Positions 20,454-30,125 of a stretch of DNA of 64,000 nt are shown piece after piece. Origin of the DNA: a bacterium. Its GTDB lineage: Bacteria; Hinthialibacterota; Hinthialibacteria; Hinthialibacterales; Hinthialibacteraceae. A model generated the notes under the pieces. That model worked only from the letters and a program-made list of their open reading frames with translations. It was not told the DNA's origin and did no database searches. The translations under genes were made by a program, and so were the position numbers. The number at the start of each line of letters is the position of its first letter. Position 1 is the stretch's first letter. The stretch spans positions 544,001 through 608,000 of the forward strand of contig CAXXMV010000006.1 of NCBI GenBank assembly GCA_963662285.2, written 5' to 3'.

Positions 20454-20630
20454 GTGACTGATATTGGTTTTCCTCAAGTATGGGCTAGTTTTATGGAGTT
20501 AATAGAATCTCATCAGCGTTTTCTGATCGCCAGTCATATTCGTCCTGATGGGGATGCCATTGGTTCGGCGCTAGCAATGAGACGTATTCTGACCAGGTTG
20601 GGCAAGGACGCCAAACTGGTTTTAGTTTAA
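20454..20630 (+). pseudogene. nrnA: 5' fragment (57 codons) of a diverged nrnA/DHH phosphoesterase, truncated at a REP
   Basis: Matches 26129-26300, with upstream homology from ~20354/26028; 5 aa differences and many synonymous changes; homology stops 5 bp before the GTAG-REP. Confidence 0.88.
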
Positions 20631-22562
20631 GTAGGGTGGGCTAAAAGCGACAGCGTAGCCCACCGTGATACGCAGGTGGCTTTGGTGGGCTACACCGCTT
20701 CGCGGCTTTTAGCCCACCCTACCGGCTACCGGCTTTTATCACATCCTACTTAACGCCATTTCACTTCTTTCACCCGCGCCCCGCGATACCAGATAGTGCT
20801 TCCCGGAGTGTGTTGTTGGAAACCCATACCGCCCTCGTAAGGCGGTTTGAGAGTATCAGTTTGACTTACAGGTTCTCCATTGACCATAACCATAGCGTTG
20901 GGGCCGTCGCCGAATACTTGCAGCAGGAACCACTGTTGATCATAACTCACGATCCTTTGGGCTGGAGCAATGCCGTACATGCTTCCAGTGGGATTGGTGC
21001 TGTCGGGTGAGTTAAAACACTGTACTTCTATGCCGTGGTTATTATCCTGGCGGTAAAAATGTACGCCGCCGTTACCGTTGACCATTGTTTTTACCCAAAC
21101 CTGAAATTCAAATGGTCCACTGAATTTACGCTTGGTGAAAATGAAGCCATTTTTTCCCTTACCTGTCAGTAAGTCGCCTTCTAAGCTCCAGTCGGTTTCT
21201 TCTAATCGTAGAAGACTATACAGACCAGGATCGAACAGGTTGATCCAGTCTTCTTTATCGGGCAACACGCAGATTTCTAATTTACGGAATGAAGCCTTGC
21301 AGCCGATGTTTTGGATGCCGATGAATCCCCGCCGTAATCTATGGCGTAGTTGATCATGGGTTTTCATATTAATGTCATGGATCAGTTTTCCGTTTAGGGT
21401 TACGCGTAGGGTTGGCCAATCGCAGACTATCTCGCATTGATTCCATTGGCCCGATGGTAGGTTTGCGATAGATAGCGGCGCCGCGGCGTCATAAATGGCG
21501 CCGGGAGAACGAACGCCATATTCATGCTGGTCGTGCCGCAGGTGAAGTTTCATACCCAGTTTTGAAGCAGGGCCGTCGGCTGGGGCATGGAGTAAGATTC
21601 CGCCTTCATACCAACCATCAGTTTTATATTCAAAACGTAATATGAAATTTTCATACTGTGCATCGCTACGCAGCCAGGATGGGTAAGGTCCGGCGCCGGT
21701 GGTATATATACAGTTCTGCTTAACCACAAAAGCATCGGGGGTTCCAACGGTTTGCCAGCCGGATAGATCTTCACCATTGAAAATGGGAGAAAAACCTTCT
21801 TCCGCTGAAGCTATCACGGGAAGGATTAATAAAAGACCAAAGAACATGATGAATAATGTTTTTTTGCGTTCCAATGTTTTTGCCCTCTTATTATTGTTGG
21901 AAATTACATTTTGATACAGGGTGGTTTTGGTGGGCTACGTCGCTTTGCGACTTTTAGCCCACCCTACCTGGTAATTATTGTCCACCCAGAATCTGGCTGT
22001 TAAGGACAAAGATATTTCCCGAGGAGATTAAGCCATTTGAGGGCATGTAAATAAAATCAGCATTTTTGTCATGTAATCCTTGAGCGCCAGCTGTGCCCCA
22101 GGGGTAATTCTGTTGACCATTGGGTCCGAGCGAAGTCATGATGTATGAAATGCTGTATTGATTGAGCATGTTGAAGGTTGCAGTGCTGTTTTTGCAACTG
22201 GGGGTTCCCTTGGGACCAAATGAAACGGCGGATGTGTATTCATAAACCGGTTTCATTCCGGTTTTGATGGATTGCCGGTTCTGGAATTCTGGATCAATGC
22301 CGGCGAAACCATCTTCAGGTATTGCGCTAATATAGGAAACAGGAGTAGTCAGCGGGATATACGAAAGATGCTCGGCCTGTCCGACGCCGCAATCTCCATC
22401 ATAAGTATATTGCCCACGATCCAGGTGATACTGTTCCTGCGCCATTGCTACAGCTTTCATATCCGAAACGACGCGCGCGACTTTAGCCCTTTGCTGTGCA
22501 TTCAAGAAATTCGGCACGGCGATGGCGGCCAGGATGCCAATGATGGCGACAACTATGAGCAA
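20629..22562. repeat. ~1.9-kb segmental direct repeat, copy 2 (includes REPIN 20631-20722 and REP 21929-21967)
   Basis: Offset 6437 bp from copy 1. Confidence 0.95.
20750..21874 (-). CDS. DUF1080 / 3-keto-disaccharide hydrolase family protein, copy 2
   Basis: 374 aa; differs from copy 1 at about 8 residues, mostly C-terminal. Confidence 0.88.
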   Translation of the reverse strand: MERKKTLFIMFFGLLLILPVIASAEEGFSPIFNGEDLSGWQTVGTPDAFVVKQNCIYTTGAGPYPSWLRSDAQYENFILRFEYKTDGWYEGGILLHAPADGPASKLGMKLHLRHDQHEYGVRSPGAIYDAAAPLSIANLPSGQWNQCEIVCDWPTLRVTLNGKLIHDINMKTHDQLRHRLRRGFIGIQNIGCKASFRKLEICVLPDKEDWINLFDPGLYSLLRLEETDWSLEGDLLTGKGKNGFIFTKRKFSGPFEFQVWVKTMVNGNGGVHFYRQDNNHGIEVQCFNSPDSTNPTGSMYGIAPAQRIVSYDQQWFLLQVFGDGPNAMVMVNGEPVSQTDTLKPPYEGGMGFQQHTPGSTIWYRGARVKEVKWR

Positions 22563-22598
22563 CTCGATCAAGGTAAATCCATGTGTTCTTTTAGACAT
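21975..22598 (-). CDS. Prepilin-type (GspG-like) protein, paralog B
   Basis: HG|FTLIELLIVVAIIGILAAIAVPNF; near-identical to paralog A; GAGG RBS. Confidence 0.9.
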   Translation of the reverse strand: MSKRTHGFTLIELLIVVAIIGILAAIAVPNFLNAQQRAKVARVVSDMKAVAMAQEQYHLDRGQYTYDGDCGVGQAEHLSYIPLTTPVSYISAIPEDGFAGIDPEFQNRQSIKTGMKPVYEYTSAVSFGPKGTPSCKNSTATFNMLNQYSISYIMTSLGPNGQQNYPWGTAGAQGLHDKNADFIYMPSNGLISSGNIFVLNSQILGGQ

Positions 22599-22859
22599 TA
22601 TTCAATCCTCATTATTCTATAAAATATAATCGAATTCATATAAATAGGCTTTAATAATAGTTGTCAGGCAACCGTAATTCAGCCCGAATTCTTCTGCTTC
22701 AGATCATAAAATACACAAAAATAATAAATAACTGTTATGTTAGACTGCTTAAAACCGCTATGGTTTTATAGACCTTAAATGCAATTTTAGCAGAAGATAA
22801 AGCATAATCACAGTTATGGTGCGCTTTTCCCATTTATCTATCTCTGCTTCCGATAGATA

Positions 22860-23807
22860 TTATGCATTTCTCCTGAAAATTGGAGTAGCGCCGGAGGCCA
22901 GCTGTTTTACTTTTTCCATCTCTCCTGATGTTAGAGGTTTATAATTTTCCGCTGCATCCAGCGCCATTAGGAACATGGCTTCTTCGCCCGGTGGAATCGC
23001 GGCGGTGACATCTAATGACAGGGTAAACCGCAATGCCAAACGCGCGAGTTCCGGATCGGTAGTAGGTTTATACCAACATTTCTGGAATCCGCTTCGATCC
23101 GCATCTTTGGGCCACGGAGTATGCGCCATGGCTTTTAACGCCAGACGGGCGACGTTTTTCTTTTTGGCTTTCTCCAATACGATTGGTCCAAAATTTCCTT
23201 CATGCCAACAAACATAATTAAAGGGAAATAGGATCGAATCAAAGTCGAACCGATCCATCGCCGCAAGCGCCACCTCAGCGGAATGCGCAGAAAATCCGAT
23301 ATAGCGGATTTTTCCTTGCTCGCGCGCTTTGGTGAATGTTTCCAAAGCGCCGCCCGGTCCGGAGGCTTTATCCAGGTCTTCCATTTTTGAAAGGGCGTGC
23401 AGTTGATAGAGATCGAAACGGTCGGTTTTTAGTTTCTTTAAGGATTCATGTAATTCTTTTTCGGCGCCCTGGCGATCCCGCATGGTTGTCTTGCAGGCTA
23501 GAAATACATCCTCTCGAAACGGTTCGAGCGCAGGCCCTAAACGTTCTTCCGCGTCGCCGTAACTCGGCGCCACATCGAAATAATTTACGCCCCGTTCAAC
23601 TGCTTGGGCGACTAGGGCATTAGCATGCGACTGTTCGGCGTCTTTCACAACGATACCGCCAAAGCCAATCATCGATAATCGATTGTCCCCTGAATTGTAT
23701 ATCCGCTTCGACAACATCTTTGGGGTCTCCGAAGCGTTGACTGATCCCGCGCAGGCCAACGCCATTCCGGCGAGAGCGCTTTTTTGAATAAAGTCGCGCC
23801 GTTCCAT
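22860..23807 (-). CDS. Aldo/keto reductase with Tat signal
   Basis: MERRDFIQ; GFGG, NYFDVAPSYG, LACKT, DLYQLH, GKIRYIGFSAH. Confidence 0.9.
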   Translation of the reverse strand: MERRDFIQKSALAGMALACAGSVNASETPKMLSKRIYNSGDNRLSMIGFGGIVVKDAEQSHANALVAQAVERGVNYFDVAPSYGDAEERLGPALEPFREDVFLACKTTMRDRQGAEKELHESLKKLKTDRFDLYQLHALSKMEDLDKASGPGGALETFTKAREQGKIRYIGFSAHSAEVALAAMDRFDFDSILFPFNYVCWHEGNFGPIVLEKAKKKNVARLALKAMAHTPWPKDADRSGFQKCWYKPTTDPELARLALRFTLSLDVTAAIPPGEEAMFLMALDAAENYKPLTSGEMEKVKQLASGATPIFRRNA

Positions 23808-24073
23808 AATCGTACCTCAGTTTTTTTATTTTCACCCAAAGCTATACCTGCCAGCAGTTATCATGTCAAGCGATTTTGCTGAAAATACCCCGTTTTTCCG
23901 GATCATCATGCATGGGAGTTTGGCCGGGATGGTCACTTTTAGGCTTCCATGAAGGATTGTTCATACGGATTTAGAGAATTATTTGAATATTTGTTTGAAT
24001 CGTCTTACCATATCTTTATGGAATCCAGTATTGAGATTGTTAGCTAAATCACTGAAATCGAAACGGGGACGAT

Positions 24074-25006
24074 ATGAAAAACACCAACAGTTGGAATTTA
24101 CCTAAAGGCTTGATTTCAGTTGTGCAGACGCCCTTTTATTCTGATGACAAGATTGATGTTGCTTCTCTGGAGCGGTTGTTGGAAGATGCAATCAAAGGAG
24201 GCGTCAATGGATTTCTTGCTCCGGCGGTCGCCAGCGAGGTCGCCTTTCTAACCCAGGGAGAGCGTATCACTCTGGTTAAGCGAATTTCCGAAATAGTAAA
24301 TAAGCGGATTGCTCTGATTGTAGGCGCATCATCATCCAGCGAAAGTGAAGTTAAAACTCAAGCCCGGTTCGCAATGGAGATCAATGCGACTGCTTATTTA
24401 GTTGCAGTCCCCGATCATCTTTATGACGCGCCGCAAGCCATCGTTCCCTTTTTTCAGTCTATATCATCAGAATGCAGCCTTCCATTAATAATCCAGGATT
24501 TACAATGGAACAGCAATGGTCTTCCACTCTCTATTATGAGTGAACTATGGGAAGCTATCCCCACCCTGGCTGGCTTCAAGATCGAAACAGTTCCCGCAGG
24601 TCCGAAATATACCCGGGTAAGAGAGAAATTAGGCGGGCAGGTATTCTTGTGCGGCGGTTGGGCTATCCCTCAGATGATTGAATCATTTGACCGGGGAATT
24701 GACGCCATGATTCCGGAAAGTTCCATGATCCGGGTGTATCGGGCGATCATTGATCTCTATCAAAAGAATCAGCGGCGGGACGCTCTCGACTTATTCAACC
24801 GCCTGCTGCCCGTCCTTTCATATACCAATCAGGAACTAACCACATCCATCGCATTTTTCAAACGCCTCCTGGTTCGTAAAGCAATATTCAGCAGCGCCCG
24901 GCTTCGTATGCCAGACTTTGAGTGGGATCAATACAATATAAGAGTGGCCGATGACCTGATCGAGCTTTATTTAGAAATTGAAGAAGACATTCACCGATTC
25001 ACTTAA
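24074..25006 (+). CDS. DapA/DHDPS-NAL family aldolase-like protein
   Basis: VQTPF, AVASEVAFLT..ER, IIQD, Schiff-base Lys in FKIE. Confidence 0.85.
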   Translation: MKNTNSWNLPKGLISVVQTPFYSDDKIDVASLERLLEDAIKGGVNGFLAPAVASEVAFLTQGERITLVKRISEIVNKRIALIVGASSSSESEVKTQARFAMEINATAYLVAVPDHLYDAPQAIVPFFQSISSECSLPLIIQDLQWNSNGLPLSIMSELWEAIPTLAGFKIETVPAGPKYTRVREKLGGQVFLCGGWAIPQMIESFDRGIDAMIPESSMIRVYRAIIDLYQKNQRRDALDLFNRLLPVLSYTNQELTTSIAFFKRLLVRKAIFSSARLRMPDFEWDQYNIRVADDLIELYLEIEEDIHRFT

Positions 25007-25148
25007 TCAAGACCGGGCTTTGGGATAATCAACAAGGTTCTCGTGGTTAGGGCGGTTATCAAAATATGGTTCAAGACGGATTTGAGAATTTTTGGTTTTC
25101 TAATCTATATTTATATAATAACTATAGACGCTGTTTTGATGTGATGTG

Positions 25149-25727
25149 TTATGGACCCGGCCGATAAATGTCGCCATAACTACGAATACCATTACTGGAG
25201 TCGTATTCAAAGAAACCAGCAGCGCCGGGTTGCCCAATGGACCGGACGTAAGAGCCTTCGACGCCCTGAAGGTTATCGGGACCGATGGATACGAGTACAT
25301 ATTTAAACTGACCGGGCATAATTTGTCCTTGATAATTGGCAATTCCATCAAACATCCATTGCACTGCGTCCACATGCGGATCGAAATAACCATATCTCCG
25401 TTTCATAATGCCATCCGCATCGGATTGTCCACTAACACGGAAAGGATCCCATATACTATCGGCGGAAGAGATATAAGGCACGGGCGTTGATAGTGCGTTC
25501 AAGTATGCCAAATGTGTGTATCCCCCCCATAAGTTGTAGGGCATATAGGCATTGTTATCCATTTTATATTGTTCGATTGCGGTTGATATGTTACGGAATT
25601 CCGCTTGGACTTTGGCCACTTTTGCTCGAACTTGCGCATTTAAAAAATTAGGTACAGCAATCGCAGCTAGGATTCCGATAATCGCCACAACAATCAACAA
25701 TTCTATTAGTGTAAATCCTTTTTTCAT
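25149..25727 (-). CDS. Prepilin-type (GspG-like) protein, paralog C
   Basis: MKKG|FTLIELLIVVAIIGILAAIAVPNFLNAQ; SIGPD, YDSSNG. Confidence 0.9.
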   Translation of the reverse strand: MKKGFTLIELLIVVAIIGILAAIAVPNFLNAQVRAKVAKVQAEFRNISTAIEQYKMDNNAYMPYNLWGGYTHLAYLNALSTPVPYISSADSIWDPFRVSGQSDADGIMKRRYGYFDPHVDAVQWMFDGIANYQGQIMPGQFKYVLVSIGPDNLQGVEGSYVRSIGQPGAAGFFEYDSSNGIRSYGDIYRPGP

Positions 25728-25810
25728 CGTTCTTTTTACTCCAGAGCAAACTATGTATCACGATTACACCGATGAAATTAAAATCTAAACTCATTTAAAT
25801 TGAATTGGTC

Positions 25811-25924
25811 TAGAGCGATTATCAAAATTATGTTCGTTTATTATCACCTTTGGTCATCGAAAAAGCCAATCTTTTCTGACTTTTTCGAATCGCCAATCAG
25901 AACATTATTATGAAAATTACTCTA
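25811..25924. mobile_element. 114-bp MITE-like element, copy 1 (TA-flanked, imperfect ~18-bp TIRs)
   Basis: TAGAGCGATTATCAAAAT...ATTATGAAAATTACTCTA; same-length near-identical copy at 29736-29849; internal hairpin. Confidence 0.75.
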
Positions 25925-26128
25925 ATTTCCCATGAAGATGGTACTTTGTCAAGAAAATTCTGAACAAAATCATACTGCCGCAAAGGATTTTAATGACTCA
26001 TGAATTACAATACTGAGAAATCTATCTATCTTTGCGCTTTTGGTTGGATGGCGTAACATGTTATTTATATAGTTATCTTTCGCGTATGGAGCCGCTGTAG
26101 GCTAGTACAAAGACATTGGAGTTTAATA

Positions 26129-27136
26129 GTGACTGATATTGGTTTTCCTCTAGTATGGACCCGTTTCAAGGAGTTAATTGAATCTCACCAGCGTTTTCTG
26201 ATCGCCAGCCATATTCGACCTGATGGGGACGCCATCGGTTCAGCTTTAGCCATGAAACGCATTCTGACCAGGTTGGGTAAGGATGCCAAACTGGTTTTAG
26301 ATGAAGAGATTATCGGGACTTTTGATCGTTTTTACCATGAGGGAGAACTCGAAGTATATGATCCGGATACAAGCGATTATTCTGATAGAGAAGTATTGAT
26401 TATGCTCGATGCCGGAGAATGGTTCAGGTTGGGCCGCGTCGGCGAGATGATGAGCAAGCATAATGGCCTGAAAGTCTGCGTTGATCATCATATAGCTCAG
26501 GGTGATTTTGATGGTCTGATGATCCGGGATGTTAAATCTCCATCCACTACCGTGATTGTTCATAGATTCATTAAATTTCTGAAGATGGAATTTGATTTCG
26601 AACTGGCCGAACCGATTTACCTGGGCATCATCGTGGATACGCAGAATTTTCATCTACCCAATACCACCGAGGAGACTCACCATATTGCAGCTGATTGCCT
26701 GAAGGCCGGGGTTCAACCTCACAGGGTGCACGAACCGATTTATGGAACAACTCTTTTTTCACGTTTGCGCTTGATGTCCGCAGCTTTCCAGACGCTGGAA
26801 ATCCGCTGTAATGGAATTGTGGGCGTTATGCATACATCCCAGGCCATGTTCAAGGAGACTGAAGCGGAGGAGACCGATGATGATGGTTTCGTTGATTTCG
26901 TACGTACGGTGGAGGGCGTCCGCATCGGGGTTTATATCAGGGAAGAGAATAATGGTACTATAAAAGTCAGTTGGCGGGCTAAAGGCGATAATAATATTGT
27001 GCTATCAGCCCAGAAATTCGGCGGGGGCGGACATATAAGAGCCGCTGGAGCGACGATAACCGGAACATTGGAGGAAGTCAAGAAAATGGTTCTGGATGAT
27101 CTGCGGATACGGGCGCAGAATGGCGAATTTTCTTGA
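26129..27136 (+). CDS. nrnA: DHH/DHHA1 bifunctional oligoribonuclease / pAp phosphatase
   Basis: HIRPDGDAIGS, MLD, VDHH, GIIVDT, VSWR, FGGGGHIRAAG. Confidence 0.92.
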   Translation: MTDIGFPLVWTRFKELIESHQRFLIASHIRPDGDAIGSALAMKRILTRLGKDAKLVLDEEIIGTFDRFYHEGELEVYDPDTSDYSDREVLIMLDAGEWFRLGRVGEMMSKHNGLKVCVDHHIAQGDFDGLMIRDVKSPSTTVIVHRFIKFLKMEFDFELAEPIYLGIIVDTQNFHLPNTTEETHHIAADCLKAGVQPHRVHEPIYGTTLFSRLRLMSAAFQTLEIRCNGIVGVMHTSQAMFKETEAEETDDDGFVDFVRTVEGVRIGVYIREENNGTIKVSWRAKGDNNIVLSAQKFGGGGHIRAAGATITGTLEEVKKMVLDDLRIRAQNGEFS

Positions 27137-27154
27137 TATTAAAATGTAATGTAA

Positions 27155-27913
27155 CTATGGTTGTTTCAAAGGTTTTCGTCCTATAACCTGAAAGCGGATT
27201 TGCTTGACCTTATCCCATTCAACGAACTGGGCGTCGACGATAAATGGCTTCATGGTCATGGGGTAAACTTTGAATATTTCAGTGGTTTGGTGAAAATTTC
27301 CATGATTCTCTAACTCTTCTGGAGTTGCAGGCGTCTTTGTGTAGTATATGATTTCAACCAATAGGCTCTGGTAACCTTTTTTCGTTAAATTGACCAAATA
27401 GCCCCGTAGATATCTTTGGTCGGGAACCCAGAAATGACTGCGTTTGGGATACATCTCTAAATGGCTTGGTTCAGCTGGAGCGAAGGATAAAACCGGAATT
27501 TTTTTTCCCATCAATTCAAATTCACGTATTTGTAAGGGATCTGGTCTCTTATCGAGTAGAGGATTTATGATCGGGGTTGGCGTTGGTGGTATTGTCTGCT
27601 GTGATCTGTTAAATAAGACCACTGAAGGAACCAACATGGTTTCTTTTTTGATATAAGGCGTAACCGAGACCGCTTCAGCGCTCATGGATAATTCGGTTTG
27701 TTCTTTTTCTATCTGTTTTACAAACCAATGGGGTATTATTGTATAATAGCCAAACCGGTCAATGTGATAGTGGGAATCGATATCCTCGACAATGGTTCCC
27801 AGGAAGATGTCGCCTTCTTTGAGAGTGATGCGGTCTAGAGCGTAGCTGGCTTGATATCCAAACCAGGAAATAATTAAACATAAGAACAAAAAGAAGAGGA
27901 TGATTTTTTTCAT
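27155..27913 (-). CDS. Secreted hypothetical protein
   Basis: MKKIILFF signal peptide, 'DRITLKEG...G.I' start, PTPTP linker. Confidence 0.72.
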   Translation of the reverse strand: MKKIILFFLFLCLIISWFGYQASYALDRITLKEGDIFLGTIVEDIDSHYHIDRFGYYTIIPHWFVKQIEKEQTELSMSAEAVSVTPYIKKETMLVPSVVLFNRSQQTIPPTPTPIINPLLDKRPDPLQIREFELMGKKIPVLSFAPAEPSHLEMYPKRSHFWVPDQRYLRGYLVNLTKKGYQSLLVEIIYYTKTPATPEELENHGNFHQTTEIFKVYPMTMKPFIVDAQFVEWDKVKQIRFQVIGRKPLKQP

Positions 27914-29738
27914 GATTTATTATAAATCCCGGTTGAGTATATGTTCTATTTTAACTCGAAATATACATCTGAAGAGAGTCTTATCGTTCAAATTACTTTT
28001 GGTACTATTTAATATTATATTTAATCTTCCTGTAGATGCGGCCTCGAGCGGCATGGTGTTTCTGATCCAGAATAAATGGGGCGGGATACATGGCGTGGCG
28101 TTGGATAGGAACCTCTCTCCTTCAGAACCTGCTGTGGTTCGTCCCAACATATTTGAAGAACAATACTCTTTGATCATAGGTTTGGAAGCGTTTTCGTTCG
28201 GCGGTTATCAACTGACCGCAATGGGTAAAGTGTTTCCGATTGGCGAGGCCAGCATGCCGTTCGCCGCTTTTTCTCCTATAGGCAACGCAACCAGTTTCGT
28301 GATGATGCCGGAAGGCAAGGGGGGGTGGATCGCCTCAAGGACGACGATCAAAACAATTGGACGTCCACCCAGGCTGGCTTTTCCATCTTTTGAATCCCAT
28401 GGATTGATTATGGATTTGGAATATGACTCACAGCAGCAGCGTTTAGCTGTTTTATGTGAAGATGGCGCCATAGCTGTTTGCGGGATATCGAAATTTACCT
28501 GGATGGATGCGCTGGAGTTGAAGGATGATAAACCTATAGATATAGAATTTACGCCCAAGGGATTTTTGGTTTTGACCGAGTTGGGAAGAGTATATTTTGT
28601 TATTTCTGAGTTCATGCAGCAAATTCCCGATCTTCCCCAATTGGGCAAGGGATTGGCGTGCGATCTTGAAATATCGCCTTTAGGCAGTGGGTTTTATATC
28701 CTGGATATATTCGGCGTGATTCATGCTTGCGACGGGGCGCCCCCGGTTCCCACTGAACCATTAACCAAGGACGCCGCAGTAGATTTAGAGATATTATTAG
28801 AAGATCAATTGCCGCAATGGGATCCGCCCGGTATGCATACAAGGGTGGGTTGGAATGACGAACTGGTTCTACTTGATCCTCAGGGGCCGCCCAAACAAGT
28901 CTCGATAACTGTTGAAAAAGCGGAACATATGACTGGCTTCATGACGCAGATCAGTTATGATCCCACAAAATTGATGCTGGAACCTCATAATGTCCGGGTT
29001 GGTTCATGGTGGGATAAGGGAGTCCGGGAGGCGAGGATAAAACCTACGGCTGATCATGAGAATGGGCAGTTGATTTTACAGGGTAGTGGAGTCTCGTTTC
29101 CTTTTGAAGGAGCAACCGGAGGAGGGGAACTGGCCCGTTTGGCGATTTCTCCAGTTCCGGGAGTAACAGATATCATTTCGGCGGTAGAGATTGAGAATTT
29201 CTATTTCTGGGATTCTTATCAGGTCAACAATGATCATAGCGGTACAGTTATTAATTCATGTACGGTGCATATTGCTCCAATTCAACCACGGCTCGATTTT
29301 TTATGGGAGAAGGATGGTCAATGGCTGGATGAAACATCCAGGGAGGTTCTTCCCGGTGATATTGTCCGGGCTGATATCGTGGTGGAAAACGGCAGCCGCA
29401 TCAGATCTTTCGAATTTGGTTTTAGTTTTCCAAACGAATTTCTACGTTTTCTGGGAATGACTCAAGGTTCAGTGTGGCGGGATGATATTTCGTTGATCCC
29501 GTATTTTGATTTTCCAAGTAAGGCAAATGAAAACAGTGGCTTAAGAGGTCAATTGCTTAAAGCTCAACTTCCGGGCGCCTGTCAAGACCAAAAGGGAGCG
29601 ATTGCATCCCTATTTTTTGCGGTAAGTTCGCCTGGAAAAGGGAAAATACAAGTAAATTCAATTCAAGGTATTGACGATAATGGAGATGTTCTCACAATAT
29701 CATCAAAAAACACATTTCTTTCGATATTTTGTGATTAG
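27900..29738 (+). CDS. Secreted protein with N-terminal propeller-like repeats and two cohesin-like domains (start uncertain)
   Basis: Repeats such as 'DLEISPLGSGFYILDIFGVIH'; 'GFMTQISYDP..L...G...GGGELARL' and 'SFEFGFSFP...L...G.IASLFF...PG'. Confidence 0.65.
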   Translation: MIFFMIYYKSRLSICSILTRNIHLKRVLSFKLLLVLFNIIFNLPVDAASSGMVFLIQNKWGGIHGVALDRNLSPSEPAVVRPNIFEEQYSLIIGLEAFSFGGYQLTAMGKVFPIGEASMPFAAFSPIGNATSFVMMPEGKGGWIASRTTIKTIGRPPRLAFPSFESHGLIMDLEYDSQQQRLAVLCEDGAIAVCGISKFTWMDALELKDDKPIDIEFTPKGFLVLTELGRVYFVISEFMQQIPDLPQLGKGLACDLEISPLGSGFYILDIFGVIHACDGAPPVPTEPLTKDAAVDLEILLEDQLPQWDPPGMHTRVGWNDELVLLDPQGPPKQVSITVEKAEHMTGFMTQISYDPTKLMLEPHNVRVGSWWDKGVREARIKPTADHENGQLILQGSGVSFPFEGATGGGELARLAISPVPGVTDIISAVEIENFYFWDSYQVNNDHSGTVINSCTVHIAPIQPRLDFLWEKDGQWLDETSREVLPGDIVRADIVVENGSRIRSFEFGFSFPNEFLRFLGMTQGSVWRDDISLIPYFDFPSKANENSGLRGQLLKAQLPGACQDQKGAIASLFFAVSSPGKGKIQVNSIQGIDDNGDVLTISSKNTFLSIFCD

Positions 29739-29849
29739 AGCGATTATCAAAATTATGTTCGTTTATTATCACTTTTGGTCTTTGAAAAAGCCAATTTTTT
29801 CTGGCTTTTTCGAATCGCCAACCAGAACGTTATTATGAAAACTACTCTA
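29736..29849. mobile_element. 114-bp MITE-like element, copy 2; its left end forms the TAG stop of the upstream gene
   Basis: TAGAGCGATTATCAAAAT...ATTATGAAAACTACTCTA. Confidence 0.75.
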
Positions 29850-30125
29850 ATGATATTATAGAGATAAATTATTATAATTGGGCGAAATCAATGTAACTTG
29901 TTGAATATTTATGCTTTAACCATATAGAATGAATGATGCATAGATGCATTCTAGATTATCGATAATTTATATTGGCGTTTACTGAATTTTGATAAGTTAT
30001 AGAATATTAAAGGAAGTTGTCAAAAGTTGTAATTTTTGTGTTGTTTTAGCTTGAAAATGATATTGTATTAGTGGATCATGTTAAACGTATAAGATCGAAA
30101 TTCTTTAGAAACGAAGAATAGAATA

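Noticed and set aside
15538-22598. Diversity-generating retroelement TR/VR pair in the duplicated pilins or DUF1080 genes
   Set aside because: Differences involve all four bases and are mostly synonymous, not adenine-specific; no reverse transcriptase in the window
14194-22600. Integron cassette array (co-oriented genes separated by palindromes; GTTATGC near 20232-20238 on the minus strand)
   Set aside because: The palindromes are GTAG-REPs lacking paired RYYYAAC/GTTRRRY boxes; no integrase is visible
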